Of a DNA stretch of 64,000 nt, positions 19,871 through 30,500 are shown in pieces. The DNA comes from Prevotella sp. UBA746. GTDB taxonomy: Bacteria > Bacteroidota > Bacteroidia > Bacteroidales > Bacteroidaceae. Both the position numbers and the translations under genes were made by a program. The notes beneath the pieces are model-generated. The model worked only from the letters and a program-made list of their open reading frames with translations, was not told the origin of the DNA and searched no databases. Position 1 is the stretch's first letter, and each line of letters opens with the position of its first letter. The stretch is from the NCBI GenBank assembly GCA_002298545.1, contig DBKQ01000005.1, forward strand, positions 187 to 64,186. Direction: 5' to 3'.

Positions 19871-19896
19871 GACGGAAAATTTTCTTAATACCCTTA
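19871..19896 (-). promoter_or_regulatory. Putative autoregulatory ECF promoter TAAGGGT-N15-CGTC
   Basis: Located 19 nt upstream of the sigma start codon; matches 15343-15368. Confidence 0.65.
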
Positions 19897-19950
19897 TATG
19901 TTTCGCCATGAAAATACGTTATATAGAAAATATTAGGGTATTAATACAGA

Positions 19951-20415
19951 TTACTCAAAGTAATACAGGAAAGTAGCTACTCCCTCGAGAGCTTTCTTGC
20001 CGGTCTCCTTGATCTCTATGCGGAACTTGATTTCAGCCTTTGTAACGCCGCGCAGGTTGGCGATAGACTGCAGATCGGTTACGAGGCGGATGCTTTCGCC
20101 AGACTTCACAGCCTGTCCGAACTTCATCTTGTCCATTCCGTAGTTTACCATCATCTTCAGGTTGTTCACCTTGATGATCTGGTTCCACAGATATGGGAGC
20201 ATCGACAGAGTGAGGTAGCCGTGGGCGATGGTAGTCTTGTAAGGACTTTCTTCCTTAGCCTTCTCTGTATCGACGTGAATCCACTGGTGGTCGAGGGTTG
20301 CATCGGCAAACATGTTGATGCGCTCCTGCGACAGTTCTACATAATCAGATGTTCCGAGGTTCTTGCCTAAGTAGGCTGCAAACTCGTCGTAGTTGTTGAT
20401 AACTAATTGTGCCAT
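19951..20415 (-). CDS. MaoC family dehydratase
   Basis: FADATLDHQWIHVD, TIAHGYLTLS and NYGMDKMKF motifs. Confidence 0.9.
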   Translation of the reverse strand: MAQLVINNYDEFAAYLGKNLGTSDYVELSQERINMFADATLDHQWIHVDTEKAKEESPYKTTIAHGYLTLSMLPYLWNQIIKVNNLKMMVNYGMDKMKFGQAVKSGESIRLVTDLQSIANLRGVTKAEIKFRIEIKETGKKALEGVATFLYYFE

Positions 20416-20507
20416 TTTTCTTTGTATTATTTATTGTTTATTGTATTTATGGGAGAACTGGGAGGACTGAGAGAACACCTAAATCCTCATTCCTAATTCC
20501 TAATTCC

Positions 20508-20897
20508 TCATTCTTTATAGTCTTTCTTCGATATCGTGATGTCATAGAGAATCTGTCCCTTGTGTTTTGCCGAGAAGAAGGAGTAGCGGAATTTGTAGCC
20601 CGCCTCTTTGTATGGGCGAATCTGCGGATTGCCCTTCAGAGCCTTCACCATATCCTGTCGCAAGGTAGTCTTGCTCAGTGCCGTCGTGTCTGCCACTCCA
20701 TTAGCCGTCATACAGTAGCGCAGTGTCAGCGTAGACTTGTCGAAGACGAGGCTGTCGGTTGTGATAACATCACTGATTCTCACCGGACAGTTCTTTCTCG
20801 TAAATTCACTTGCTTCCCTGGCTGCCCTGTCTTCAAGACTCTCCTGACAAGCAGTAAAGAGTATTGCAGCTGAAACTAAAAAAAGAAATTTCTTCAT
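20508..20897 (-). CDS. Conserved hypothetical lipoprotein
   Basis: Lipobox FTAC followed by QESLEDRAAREA...TRKNCP; normal codon usage. Confidence 0.7.
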   Translation of the reverse strand: MKKFLFLVSAAILFTACQESLEDRAAREASEFTRKNCPVRISDVITTDSLVFDKSTLTLRYCMTANGVADTTALSKTTLRQDMVKALKGNPQIRPYKEAGYKFRYSFFSAKHKGQILYDITISKKDYKE

Positions 20898-20914
20898 TTC
20901 TTTATCTTTATTTT

Positions 20915-21027
20915 TATAAAAATGTTTTTTTCTGTTTTTACCCTCACACCCTCACACTTACTTGTAACCGCCTGTCCGACAGCCCCTTGCGGGGTGAGGG
21001 TAAGGGTGAGGGATGGTGAGGGTAGAG
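20915..21027 (+). repeat. CCCTCAC/GTGAGGG palindromic intergenic repeat, copy A
   Basis: TTTTACCCTCACACCCTCACAC...GTGAGGGTAAGGGTGAGGGATGGTGAGGGTA, homologous to 38854-38980 and 39117-39260. Confidence 0.85.
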
Positions 21028-21037
21028 TATATGGTTA

Positions 21038-23863
21038 TCAATACCACTGCACGGCGTTGCTGTAGCCGCTGCGCTTATCGTATTTCAGAGCATCGGTAAG
21101 CGTTGCCGCATTGCATCGGAACGAGAAGTTGTAGGATGTATATGGAGCGAGCACCACCGAACAGCTCATGCTGAAACAGTGGAGGTCGCGCTGCAGCGAA
21201 GCCGTTGTCATAGAGAGGTCGTGCTCCTCGAAGTCGTAACCTGAAGAGAAACTGATGTTCCAGCCGTCGCTGATGCGGATGTTTCCACTGAAGTTCAGGT
21301 TCTGCGTGAACTTATACGGATAGCGCATCGTCTTGGTATTGAACTTTCCTGATGTGTTCTCCCTCATCGTGATACCATAGCCGAAGGTGATAGACCACGG
21401 CATAGAGAACTTCATGTATCCGTCTTCGTCAGTTTCAGCCTTACCTGCCGACTTCTTCTTTGCGCCGTGCTGCGCCTTCATCATATCGTCGTCCACGTTA
21501 GTCTCCACTCCCGTGTCGTCGTCGTCCTTGTCGGTAGAGTCGTCGTCATCTTTCTTGCCTCCGCCGAAGAGTTTCTTTATCTTCTCCGGATTGAGCGTGT
21601 ATGATATATTCTGCGACATGCCCTGGAATCGTCCGAACCTGCCCTTTCCCCATTCCGTATGGTTGCCCACGTAAGGGTTGCCGTTGGCATCAAGTTCATA
21701 TGCGTATGTAGCAAACACGGCATTCATGTTGAACGTATAGTTCTTCCACCATTTCAGTCGGATATTCATCGAGAGGTCGCTCCATTTCTTCTCCTTCGCC
21801 GCCATGTTATACGACATGTTGGCTCCCAACTCATCGATGATGCTCAGTTTCTTGAAGCCCGTAGAGTCTTTGTCCGACTTCACCTTCATCTCGATATTGT
21901 TGGATAGCGACATCGAGATGCTTCCCGTCCTGCCTCTGCCCGGCACACCGAAGAGTCCGTTCTGGTATGGCGAATACTGCTCCATCGTAACATTGCCGTT
22001 GGCATCCGTCTTCTGATACGTCTTGTAGTATCCGTAGCGACTCGCACTGAAATCCGGGGCATAGTTATAGGATACGGTAGGCGTGATGACATGGCGGATA
22101 GCCTGTATCTTGTCGCCGAAGATTTTACGGTTAGGCGTCCAGAAACCATACAGTTTCGTAGATGCACTCACGCTCATCGACCAGTTGTAAACGTTGTAGA
22201 AACCATACGTAGTATCCCGTTTCACCACCTGGTTCTGCTCGTCCCAGCTCTGCTCCACGCGGTTCGTGTACATACGGTCGGTGAAGTTGATCGACGGGTT
22301 GATGTTGATGACGTTAAACAGCGTGAAGTTTCCGTTGATAGGAATGTTGTGCTGCATACCGTTGCGCCAGTCCTTTATCAGGTTCGACTTCATCAGCAAG
22401 TTCTCCTTCGTATCGATACTGTTGCGCAGACTACCGGTATAGCTCATTGAAATCTTCTCATACCAGCGCTCCTTTCCAACCATGCGCTTACGCTTAAAGG
22501 GATAGAATCGGCTCACGGAGATATTCAAGTCTGGCAGCGTGATGGCAACCGTGGAGTCGCGCATGTTCTGGTTCAGGTTGGTTGTTCCGCTGATGGTCAT
22601 GCCGAGACTCGAGAACGATGTGGTCCAGCTTACAGAAGAGGTACGCGTACTCTGCGTCATCGTCTGCGGGTTATACATACTGTTCAGGTTGTTGCGCTCA
22701 TAGCTCGACGTGGCGAAGTTCACACTTGCCGAGAGTGATGAGAAGGGGTTTGCCTTGGCATCCTGTCGGTGGTTCCACTGTATCTTGAAACTCTCCTGTT
22801 CCGTAAAGTCGGGCATTCCCTTGTCGCCGTTTTTCGTGTCCTGATAACTGAAGAAGAAGCTGCCGCTGTATTTATAGCGTTTGCGGTAGTTGCTGGCAGC
22901 CGACACGCCCCACGAGCCCTTGGTATAAATCTCGCCAAGGAGCTTCAAGTCCCATTTGTCGTTGATGGCAAAATAATATCCACCGTCTTTAAGATAGAAT
23001 CCGCGCGCACTCTCGTCGCCATACGACGGCATGATGAATCCGCTGGAATAGCTCTTCGAGAAGGGGAAGAATCCGTATGGTATGGCAAGCGGCAGCGGTA
23101 CATCGGCTACTACGAGGTATGCCGGACCGAACACCACGTCCTTGCCCGGTCTTACCTTTGCCCTCGACAGGGCGATATAGAAGTCGGGATGTTCGGCATC
23201 ACAGGTGGTGTATCGTCCGTGTTCCAGGAAGAGCTCGCCCTTTTCATTGCGTTTCGAGCGCTGACTGGTCAGGAATCCATCCTCTTGCTCCGTATATACA
23301 TTATTAATAAAGCCCTTTTTCGTCTTGAAGTTAAAGGCTATGGTGTCGCTGTCATACTGCGTGTCGCCCATCTTGAACACAGGTCTGCCCTGCAGCGTAC
23401 CGCTCGTGTCGCGTGCTCCGGTGGCATGCACCAGACTGCTGTCCATGTTCAATCGCATGTCGGCACTCTTCAGGTCCATGTTCTGATACACCACATTGGA
23501 ATTGCCATAAAGGAAGGCATATTTGTTCAAGGCATTGTAGACCATAGAGTCCTCGGCAGCAAACTTCACCGGTGCGTCAACTCCCGTCGACTTTGTTCTG
23601 TTGATGCTGTCCAAGCGTATGGAATCGTCGATATGCTTGTTGTGATGATAAATGGCAAGAGCCATAGAGTCCATCTTTGTCGTATCGGGCTCGCCGTTGG
23701 CAATACCGGATATAATGGAGTCAAGCCCCAGCGTGTCGGCGAGGGCGATAGAGTCTTTTTTAGTCTTTTGTCTCTTCTCTTTCCTTGCAAGTGGCGAGTA
23801 TGCGCCAGCCATCACAAAGAGGAAAGTGAAGAGCAGAATGAATATAGTGGATTTCTTTCTCAC
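21038..23863 (-). CDS. lptD: Putative LPS assembly protein LptD (Bacteroidota type)
   Basis: YTTCD, PLPLAIPYGFFP, GFYLKDGGYY and RDLHCF motifs; 941 aa. Confidence 0.8.
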   Translation of the reverse strand: MRKKSTIFILLFTFLFVMAGAYSPLARKEKRQKTKKDSIALADTLGLDSIISGIANGEPDTTKMDSMALAIYHHNKHIDDSIRLDSINRTKSTGVDAPVKFAAEDSMVYNALNKYAFLYGNSNVVYQNMDLKSADMRLNMDSSLVHATGARDTSGTLQGRPVFKMGDTQYDSDTIAFNFKTKKGFINNVYTEQEDGFLTSQRSKRNEKGELFLEHGRYTTCDAEHPDFYIALSRAKVRPGKDVVFGPAYLVVADVPLPLAIPYGFFPFSKSYSSGFIMPSYGDESARGFYLKDGGYYFAINDKWDLKLLGEIYTKGSWGVSAASNYRKRYKYSGSFFFSYQDTKNGDKGMPDFTEQESFKIQWNHRQDAKANPFSSLSASVNFATSSYERNNLNSMYNPQTMTQSTRTSSVSWTTSFSSLGMTISGTTNLNQNMRDSTVAITLPDLNISVSRFYPFKRKRMVGKERWYEKISMSYTGSLRNSIDTKENLLMKSNLIKDWRNGMQHNIPINGNFTLFNVININPSINFTDRMYTNRVEQSWDEQNQVVKRDTTYGFYNVYNWSMSVSASTKLYGFWTPNRKIFGDKIQAIRHVITPTVSYNYAPDFSASRYGYYKTYQKTDANGNVTMEQYSPYQNGLFGVPGRGRTGSISMSLSNNIEMKVKSDKDSTGFKKLSIIDELGANMSYNMAAKEKKWSDLSMNIRLKWWKNYTFNMNAVFATYAYELDANGNPYVGNHTEWGKGRFGRFQGMSQNISYTLNPEKIKKLFGGGKKDDDDSTDKDDDDTGVETNVDDDMMKAQHGAKKKSAGKAETDEDGYMKFSMPWSITFGYGITMRENTSGKFNTKTMRYPYKFTQNLNFSGNIRISDGWNISFSSGYDFEEHDLSMTTASLQRDLHCFSMSCSVVLAPYTSYNFSFRCNAATLTDALKYDKRSGYSNAVQWY

Positions 23864-24020
23864 TTTATCGTTATGAAATGTAACGTTCTAAAACCAGTCT
23901 TCTTGCACGTCATTCTTCTGAATGAATGCGGTACAGGGTGCAAAATTACTCTTTTTCGTTCTAATATCCGCTATCATACAGACTTTTATGTGTTATTTTA
24001 ACGTTTTTGGACTTTTGGAT

Positions 24021-24336
24021 GATTCTTCGTCAATTTAGGTGGTAAGAATTTTAGAAGAAAACCTATCCTGTAAAGACAAGAATTGCAGTATTTTCTTACA
24101 CTCTGTTTTAATTGTATGTTACAAAAGATTGATTTCCTTTGTTTTTTATGTTTATCGCCCGATGTCGTTTTGCAAGAGGAACGAAGTGACTCTTTGTGTA
24201 ATGGCTGATGTGGACGACAGAGAGCTTGCTCTCTATAGGATACATCAGCCATTACACATAAGCCGAAGGCTTGCAAAACTACATCGGGGGTTTTATAGGT
24301 TTTCGTCTAAAAATACCACCTAAATTGACGAAGAAC
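24021..24336. mobile_element. Non-autonomous MITE (316 bp) with terminal inverted repeats and 9-bp target-site duplication
   Basis: Perfect 22-bp IR TTCTTCGTCAATTTAGGTGGTA (24023-24044 / 24314-24335), extending imperfectly to about 41-44 bp. CTTTTGGAT is directly repeated at 24012-24020 and 24337-24345. No transposase inside. Confidence 0.85.
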
Positions 24337-24451
24337 CTTTTGGATACTTTCAACCATGCATGAATACATAAGAGGCAGAAATACTAAAGTCAAAAAGTTT
24401 GGCGATTAGGAATATTCGGCGTATATTTGCAGATATAAACATAAAACAAGC

Positions 24452-25496
24452 ATGACCATGGCAGGTTTAGTGAACTTTTATCCTGTTGGTGTACAGACTT
24501 TCCAAACAATCAGAGAGGAAAATTATTTGTATATAGACAAGACGAAATATATCGCAGATTTTCGCAAGAAGAAAATGAGATATGTCTTTCTGAGCCGTCC
24601 AAGACGGTTCGGAAAATCACTCTTTGCCTCTACAAATGCAACCCGACATCGAGGGACTGGGCAAGGCTCTCGGACTTACCTATGAGGAATGTCTCGGCGA
24701 ATTGACAAGATATTATGACGGCTATCACTTCAGCGAAAATTCTGAAGATGTGTTCAACCCGTTCAGTCTGGTAAGGGCAATGAACAGTCAGAAGATTGAA
24801 TCATACTGGTTTGGCTCCGGCACACCGACTTATCTGATAAAGACTTTGCAAAAGTATCATGTGGGCGTGATGGACATAGAAAAGAGGGGGTGTGAAGTAG
24901 ACGACTTCAACGCGTCGCCCGAACAAATGACCTCACCTCTACCGCTGCTCTACCAGAGCGGCTACCTCACCATTAAGAAATACAACAAGATGATGGGTCG
25001 ATATACACTCGGCTACCCTAACCGCGAGGTAAAAATCGGGATGCTGAAGAGTCTTGCCCCTCATTATCTCTCGCCCGTTTCCTTTGAGAACAGCTGCCTT
25101 GTAGGCGACTTCCTCGAAATGCTGTATGACGGCGACATAGAAGGAGCAATGAACCGGCTGAAGGCATATCTTACAAGCATTTCCAACCGACTGTCGAACA
25201 AGAACGAGCGCGACTTCCAAACCGTGTTCTATCTGATTTTCAACCTTATGGGGGCACACATGCGTGTAGAAGAAGACAGCGCCATCGCCAGGGCGGATGC
25301 CGTGGTACACATGCCCGACGCCGTATACGTATTTGAACTGAAATACGACGGGTCGGCAGAGGATGCCATAAGGCAGATTGACGACAAGGGTTATCTGATT
25401 CCCTATTCAGCCGACGGCAAACGTCTTTTCAAGATTGGCGTAAACTACGACAGCAATCTGCGAACTATCGGAGAATGGATTATTAAGGAGGGGTAA
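24452..25496 (+). pseudogene. AAA-ATPase-like / PD-(D/E)XK nuclease gene with a large internal deletion and frameshift
   Basis: The N-terminal YPVGVQTF...[15 protein letters not shown] is joined out of frame near 24632 to QMQPDIE...YDGYHF...FELK. The Walker B region present in the neighbouring paralog is missing. Confidence 0.85.
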
Positions 25497-25531
25497 AGAA
25501 GGAAACCACATGGTGGTGCTATATTTTGCTT

Positions 25532-27118
25532 TTATTCTATTTTCCACCCTTCTATAGTTCCTGTCTTCGAAGAGAAGTTGCAGCCAATCTGATAAACGGT
25601 TCTACTATCTGCTGCATACTCTCTCGCATATCCCATCTCCTTTATTTGTTCGAGAGCATCAGATGCAGACCCGTCGCGCTTAAACTCGAATATATATACA
25701 TATTTCGGAGTCTCGACTATGCAGTCTACCCTACCCTCACTCTGTTCTTTCTCTACAAATACCGTGAAACAGCTTATCATGCGCAAAACAAGATAGAAGG
25801 TGTACTGGAAGTAACGTTCCTTCTCCCGTTCGCTGTCCTTGCGGCGCTGGTTGTATGGAATGCTGGCAAAGAAAGAAGTAAGCAACTTTTCCAACTTGGC
25901 ACAATCGCCCATTTCCATGATATTCACAACTTGCAAAACAAAAGCGTCAGCCGACTGTTTGGACTTTAAATAGCTTGTGGCAACTAAAGCAAGGAATCCA
26001 TTTTTCACCTCATCGTTAGGAAAATCCAGAAGATATGAATCCGTGTTCATATTCCAGTCCTTGATAGTAAGATAGCCGCTTTGGTAAATCATTGGCAAAG
26101 GCTCTTCTGTGTCAGCACGGTAATCCACAAAACTGCTTATAGGATAATACTTGCCTGTCAACTCATTCAAATTCTCTTTAAAGTGGGAAAGCAAGCGAAC
26201 AAGGTAAGTAGGTGTACCTGTACGAAACCAAAAGTCGCTTATTTTCTTCTTGCTCAGAGAATTAAGAATACTGAACGGATTGTATATATCCAGCATATTC
26301 GGACTGAAATGATAACCATCAAACTTACGTTTCAACATGTGTTTCATCTCGTCCTCCGACACTTTGTATCTTGCAGCCATCTCCTTAATTTGGGTATCGA
26401 ATTTAGTATAAAGTTCCTCTTCGGTAATACCGCAAAGAGCCTCGTATCGTTCATCCATACTGATATCGTCAGGCTGGTTGAAACCACTGAACACACTAAC
26501 TTGCGAGAATTTTGTAACACCAGTAAGCAACACAAACTGCAAGTCGGCATCGGCTGCCTTGAAAACGGAATAGAAAGCTTTCAAAACATCACGATTCCAA
26601 TCCGCCAATTTTCTTTTCTGTCCGCCTATAGTAATACATAAATCTTGGTCCAAGACATCCAGCAAAGGCTTGTCATATTCATCTATCAAGACTACGGCAC
26701 GCAATCCGGTTTTATCGTGGGCTGCTTTAAGAACATAGCAGAATCTGTCTCCAAGCGTGTCATGGTAAGGATCTTTGCCGTAAATTGCTTCTTGCGACTC
26801 TACAAAGCCATTTAAGGTTTTCTCCAGTTCACCTCCATCGGTAAAGTTTTTTCCATTAAAGTCTATATGAAAAACTGGATATCGTTTCCAATCTTTCTCC
26901 AAACCATCAATGGATAGTCCCTTGAACAGTTCCTTTCTACCCTCAAAATAACACTTTAAGGTAGACACAAGCAAGGACTTTCCGAATCGCCGGGGGCGAC
27001 ACAGAAAATATATCTTTCCGTTGTGTACTAAATCATATACCAAGTCGGTTTTGTCAAGATAGACATAACCGTCTTCTATGATTTGCTCAAAGCTCTGTAT
27101 TCCTATCGGGTATTTCAT
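25532..27118 (-). CDS. AAA-ATPase-like protein with C-terminal PD-(D/E)XK nuclease domain
   Basis: [31 protein letters not shown] and GRVD...IFEFK motifs. Confidence 0.9.
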   Translation of the reverse strand: MKYPIGIQSFEQIIEDGYVYLDKTDLVYDLVHNGKIYFLCRPRRFGKSLLVSTLKCYFEGRKELFKGLSIDGLEKDWKRYPVFHIDFNGKNFTDGGELEKTLNGFVESQEAIYGKDPYHDTLGDRFCYVLKAAHDKTGLRAVVLIDEYDKPLLDVLDQDLCITIGGQKRKLADWNRDVLKAFYSVFKAADADLQFVLLTGVTKFSQVSVFSGFNQPDDISMDERYEALCGITEEELYTKFDTQIKEMAARYKVSEDEMKHMLKRKFDGYHFSPNMLDIYNPFSILNSLSKKKISDFWFRTGTPTYLVRLLSHFKENLNELTGKYYPISSFVDYRADTEEPLPMIYQSGYLTIKDWNMNTDSYLLDFPNDEVKNGFLALVATSYLKSKQSADAFVLQVVNIMEMGDCAKLEKLLTSFFASIPYNQRRKDSEREKERYFQYTFYLVLRMISCFTVFVEKEQSEGRVDCIVETPKYVYIFEFKRDGSASDALEQIKEMGYAREYAADSRTVYQIGCNFSSKTGTIEGWKIE

Positions 27119-27323
27119 TTTTACTGCCTTCTTTGAATATTTTTATACAAAACTCACGCTTGGCAATTCGAAAAATAGAATTTTTCGTTGCACTCGCTTT
27201 ATCCTTTCGGGCGACTAAGATACAACATAATATCGAAACATCCAAATATTTTGAACGTATAGTCTATTCTACCATATTTTTAATTTATTGCCACACTTTT
27301 ATGTAAATGCACTGGTTATCCAC

Positions 27324-27364
27324 AAGTGGCACTTTTTGTGCAGCTATTCTGCACCTTTGGTGCA
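27324..27364 (-). repeat. 41-bp double-hairpin repeat (TGCACC-AAA-GGTGCA type), copy 1
   Basis: Reverse complement matches 39038-39078 at 35 of 41 positions. Confidence 0.75.
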
Positions 27365-27417
27365 GCATAGAAATACCAATGGCGTTTCGCCTAAACAGGT
27401 TTGCTTTTCATAACACT

Positions 27418-27453
27418 AAAAAAATCCCCCACAAGCTTTCGTCTGTGGGGGAT
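27418..27453 (-). terminator. alaS intrinsic terminator
   Basis: ATCCCCCACA / TGTGGGGGAT stem with an A-tract on the plus strand. Confidence 0.8.
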
Positions 27454-27478
27454 ATATTATTTATATTTTAAAATTGCT

Positions 27479-30100
27479 TTACAGCTGTGCCAGCTCAACG
27501 ACCTTGTCTACAGCAGCAGACAGTCCGTCGATGTTCTTTCCACCGGCTGTAGCGAAGTGTGGCTGACCGCCACCGCCACCCTGTATCAGTTTGGCAGCCT
27601 CGCGAATTACCTTGCCGGCATTGAAACCATGGTCGCTCACGAGGTCATCGGTAGCCATAACGGTGAGCAACGGCTTGTCCTCGTGCTTGCTGCCGATTAC
27701 GCAAAGCATATTCTCCGGCTGGGCGGCACGGAGCTTGAAGGCGAGATCCTTTGCTGCATCTGGTGCCAACGGCAATACCGTGGCTATTACCTTCACGCCG
27801 TTTACGTCGCGAGCCTGAGAGAGCAGACGCTCCTTGGCACGCTCTACTGCCTCTGCCTGGAACTTCTCGATGTTCTTCTTCATCGCCTCGTGCTCCTCGA
27901 TATACTTGCCGATTACGGTCTGCAAATCCTTTGCATTGTGGAAGAGTGTCTTGATAGCCTTCATGCCGTCCTCAAGGTCATACATCATCTGCTCGCACTC
28001 AGCACCTGTCTTTGCCTCGATACGGCGGATGCCGGCAGCAACGCTACTCTCCGAGATTATCTTTATCATTCCGATGCGGCCAGTGCTCTTGGCATGGATA
28101 CCGCCACAGAACTCAACGCTCGGACCGAACTGTACAACGCGCACCTTGTCGCCGTATTTCTCACCGAAGAGGGCGATGGCTCCGAGTTTCTTTGCTTCCT
28201 CGATTGGCACGTCGCGATGATCCTGCAATGGGATATCCTGACGAATCATGTCGTTTACCAAGCGCTCTACCTTGCGAATCTCCTCGTCGGTAACCTTCTG
28301 GAAATGAGAGAAGTCGAAGCGCAATGTATCTGGAGAAACGTATGATCCCTTCTGCTCCACATGCTCACCGAGCACCTGCTTCAGGGCATAGTCGAGCAAG
28401 TGGGTAGCAGTGTGGTTGGCAGCACTGGCATCCCGTTTGTCGGTATCAACACATGCCATGAAGTCTGCCTCTACATTCTTCGGCAGCGCCTTTACTATAT
28501 GAATAGACTGGTTGTTCTCGCGCTTTGTATCGGTGATGTTGATTGTCTCGTCCTCGCTTACGAGCACACCGGTATCTCCTACCTGTCCACCCATCTCGCC
28601 ATAGAACGGAGTATAGTCGAGAACGAGCTCATAATATGAACTCTTCTTCTGTGTTACCTTGCGGTAACGAAGGATGTGGCACTCATATTCTGTATAGTCG
28701 TAGCCCACGAACTGCTGTTCGCCCGGACGCACCTCAATCCAGTCGCCGTTCTCTACGGCAGCGGCATTGCGGGCACGCTCCTTCTGCTTCTGCATCTCTG
28801 CCTCAAACTGCTTCTCGTCTACCGTCAAACCACTCTCGCGACAGATAAGTTCTGTCAAGTCGAGCGGGAAACCATAGGTATCGAAAAGGCGGAAAGCCTG
28901 TGTTCCGTCGAGTTCTGTCTTGCCTTCTGCCTTTACTGCCTCGATAGCGGTAGAGAGCATATTGATACCGTTTGACAGGGTGCGGAGGAACGACTCCTCT
29001 TCTTCCTTGATAACCTTTGTTATGAGTTCGCGCTGAGCCGGAAGCTCTGGGAATGCACCGCCCATCTCGCGTACCAATACCGGAACGAGTTTATACAGGA
29101 ATGCCTCTTTCTGGTTCAGGAAGGTGTAAGCGTAACGCACGGCACGACGCAAGATACGACGGATTACGTATCCTGCCTTGGCGTTGCTTGGCAACTGTCC
29201 GTCGGCTATTGAGAAAGAAACGGCACGCAGGTGGTCGGCTATTACTCGCATTGCCACATCCACATCCTCGGTGTCGCCATATTTCAAGCCAGAGAGATTG
29301 CATATCTCCTTGATGATTGGCTGGAAGATATCGGTGTCATAGTTTGAGTGCTTGCCCTGAAGGGTGCGCACGAGTCGCTCAAATCCCATACCGGTATCGA
29401 TAACGTGCATCGGCAGCGGTTCGAGACTGCCGTCTGCCTTGCGGTTGAACTGCATGAACACAATGTTCCAAATCTCGATAACCTGTGGGTCGTCTTTGTT
29501 TACGAGTTCACGTCCCGGCACTTTTGCCTTCTCTTCCTCCGTACGGGAGTCGATATGAATCTCGGAGCATGGTCCACAAGGACCTGTATCACCCATTTCC
29601 CAGAAGTTGTCGTGCTTGTTTCCATTGATGATATGGTCGGCAGGCACATGCTTGAGCCAGTATCCGGCAGCCTCGTCGTCGCGGTCGAGTCCTTCTTCCT
29701 TTGAACCTTCGAACACCGTAACATACAAGTCTTTCGGGTCAATCTTCAACACGTCTACGAGGTATTCCCAAGCATAGTCGATGGCTCCCTCCTTGAAGTA
29801 GTCGCCAAAGCTCCAGTTGCCAAGCATCTCGAACATGGTGTGGTGGTATGTGTCGTGTCCCACCTCTTCCAGATCGTTGTGCTTTCCGCTTACGCGCAGA
29901 CACTTCTGTGTGTCGGCACGGCGGCGCGGCTCCGGCTCACGTGTTCCGAGGATAATATCCTTCCATTGGTTCATACCTGCATTTGTGAACATCAGCGTTG
30001 GGTCATCCTTGATGACCATCGGTGCTGACGGCACGATAGTGTGTCCTTTCGACTCGAAGAATTTCTTGAACGAGTCGCGGATTTCATTTGCTGTCATCAT
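27479..30100 (-). CDS. alaS: Alanine--tRNA ligase
   Basis: [48 protein letters not shown] and GGGGG motifs. Start reassigned to MMTANEIR at 30100. Confidence 0.97.
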   Translation of the reverse strand: MMTANEIRDSFKKFFESKGHTIVPSAPMVIKDDPTLMFTNAGMNQWKDIILGTREPEPRRRADTQKCLRVSGKHNDLEEVGHDTYHHTMFEMLGNWSFGDYFKEGAIDYAWEYLVDVLKIDPKDLYVTVFEGSKEEGLDRDDEAAGYWLKHVPADHIINGNKHDNFWEMGDTGPCGPCSEIHIDSRTEEEKAKVPGRELVNKDDPQVIEIWNIVFMQFNRKADGSLEPLPMHVIDTGMGFERLVRTLQGKHSNYDTDIFQPIIKEICNLSGLKYGDTEDVDVAMRVIADHLRAVSFSIADGQLPSNAKAGYVIRRILRRAVRYAYTFLNQKEAFLYKLVPVLVREMGGAFPELPAQRELITKVIKEEEESFLRTLSNGINMLSTAIEAVKAEGKTELDGTQAFRLFDTYGFPLDLTELICRESGLTVDEKQFEAEMQKQKERARNAAAVENGDWIEVRPGEQQFVGYDYTEYECHILRYRKVTQKKSSYYELVLDYTPFYGEMGGQVGDTGVLVSEDETINITDTKRENNQSIHIVKALPKNVEADFMACVDTDKRDASAANHTATHLLDYALKQVLGEHVEQKGSYVSPDTLRFDFSHFQKVTDEEIRKVERLVNDMIRQDIPLQDHRDVPIEEAKKLGAIALFGEKYGDKVRVVQFGPSVEFCGGIHAKSTGRIGMIKIISESSVAAGIRRIEAKTGAECEQMMYDLEDGMKAIKTLFHNAKDLQTVIGKYIEEHEAMKKNIEKFQAEAVERAKERLLSQARDVNGVKVIATVLPLAPDAAKDLAFKLRAAQPENMLCVIGSKHEDKPLLTVMATDDLVSDHGFNAGKVIREAAKLIQGGGGGQPHFATAGGKNIDGLSAAVDKVVELAQL

Positions 30101-30161
30101 TGTATATGTATTTTTATCTGTTTTTATCTTGAACGTATTTTTTCGTCCCCTCTCCCGTCTC

Positions 30162-30221
30162 CCCCTCCGGGGGCGAAGCGGTTTGCCTTGATTCTTGCGA
30201 AGCGGTTTGCCTTGATTCTTG
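30162..30221. repeat. CCCCTCCGGGGG hairpin element plus 24-bp tandem duplication in the alaS leader
   Basis: GCGAAGCGGTTTGCCTTGATTCTT occurs twice (30173-30220). The CCCCTCCGGGGGCG head recurs at 63896. Confidence 0.7.
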
Positions 30222-30500
30222 TATTTGACAGGGACGATACATTTTTCTTTTACTGCATTTGCAGCATGCAATCGGTACACTCCCCGATATTAGGGAGCAA
30301 AATTAAAAAAAATATGATAAACAGCCAAATTATTTGTTATTGTTGTGTTTTTTAAGGTGTTATAACTATGGTATATTGATTAAATGGAATGAAATATGTT
30401 GATTAAATGAAATAAAAAACGTACCTTTGCCGTGGGTAATCCTGAGGCAAGGCTTTATTGTACTTGCTTTTTCATTCAAAACAAATAAATGACTTTCGCG

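Noticed and set aside
19885..19944. 10-bp inverted repeat TTAATACCCT/AGGGTATTAA as an invertible promoter
   Set aside because: Short arms, ~40-bp interior and no recombinase nearby; more simply a terminator-like hairpin after maoC.
13477..19969. Possible direct repeats bounding the ECF island
   Set aside because: Only short AT-rich similarity (AGATTA..AAAG, TATAGAAAA), too weak to call.
22769..24001. 410-aa plus-strand ORF
   Set aside because: Antisense shadow of lptD caused by codon bias.
24023..24335. Invertible promoter (phase switch) interpretation of the inverted repeats
   Set aside because: The flanking 9-bp direct repeat fits a transposon-type insertion better; inversion cannot be fully excluded without reads.
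27401..28345. 314-aa plus-strand ORF
   Set aside because: Antisense to alaS, no motifs.
30101..30280. 60-aa N-terminal extension of AlaS in the ORF track
   Set aside because: Arises from the leader tandem repeat (KNQGKPLR twice); the conserved AlaS start is MMTANEIR.
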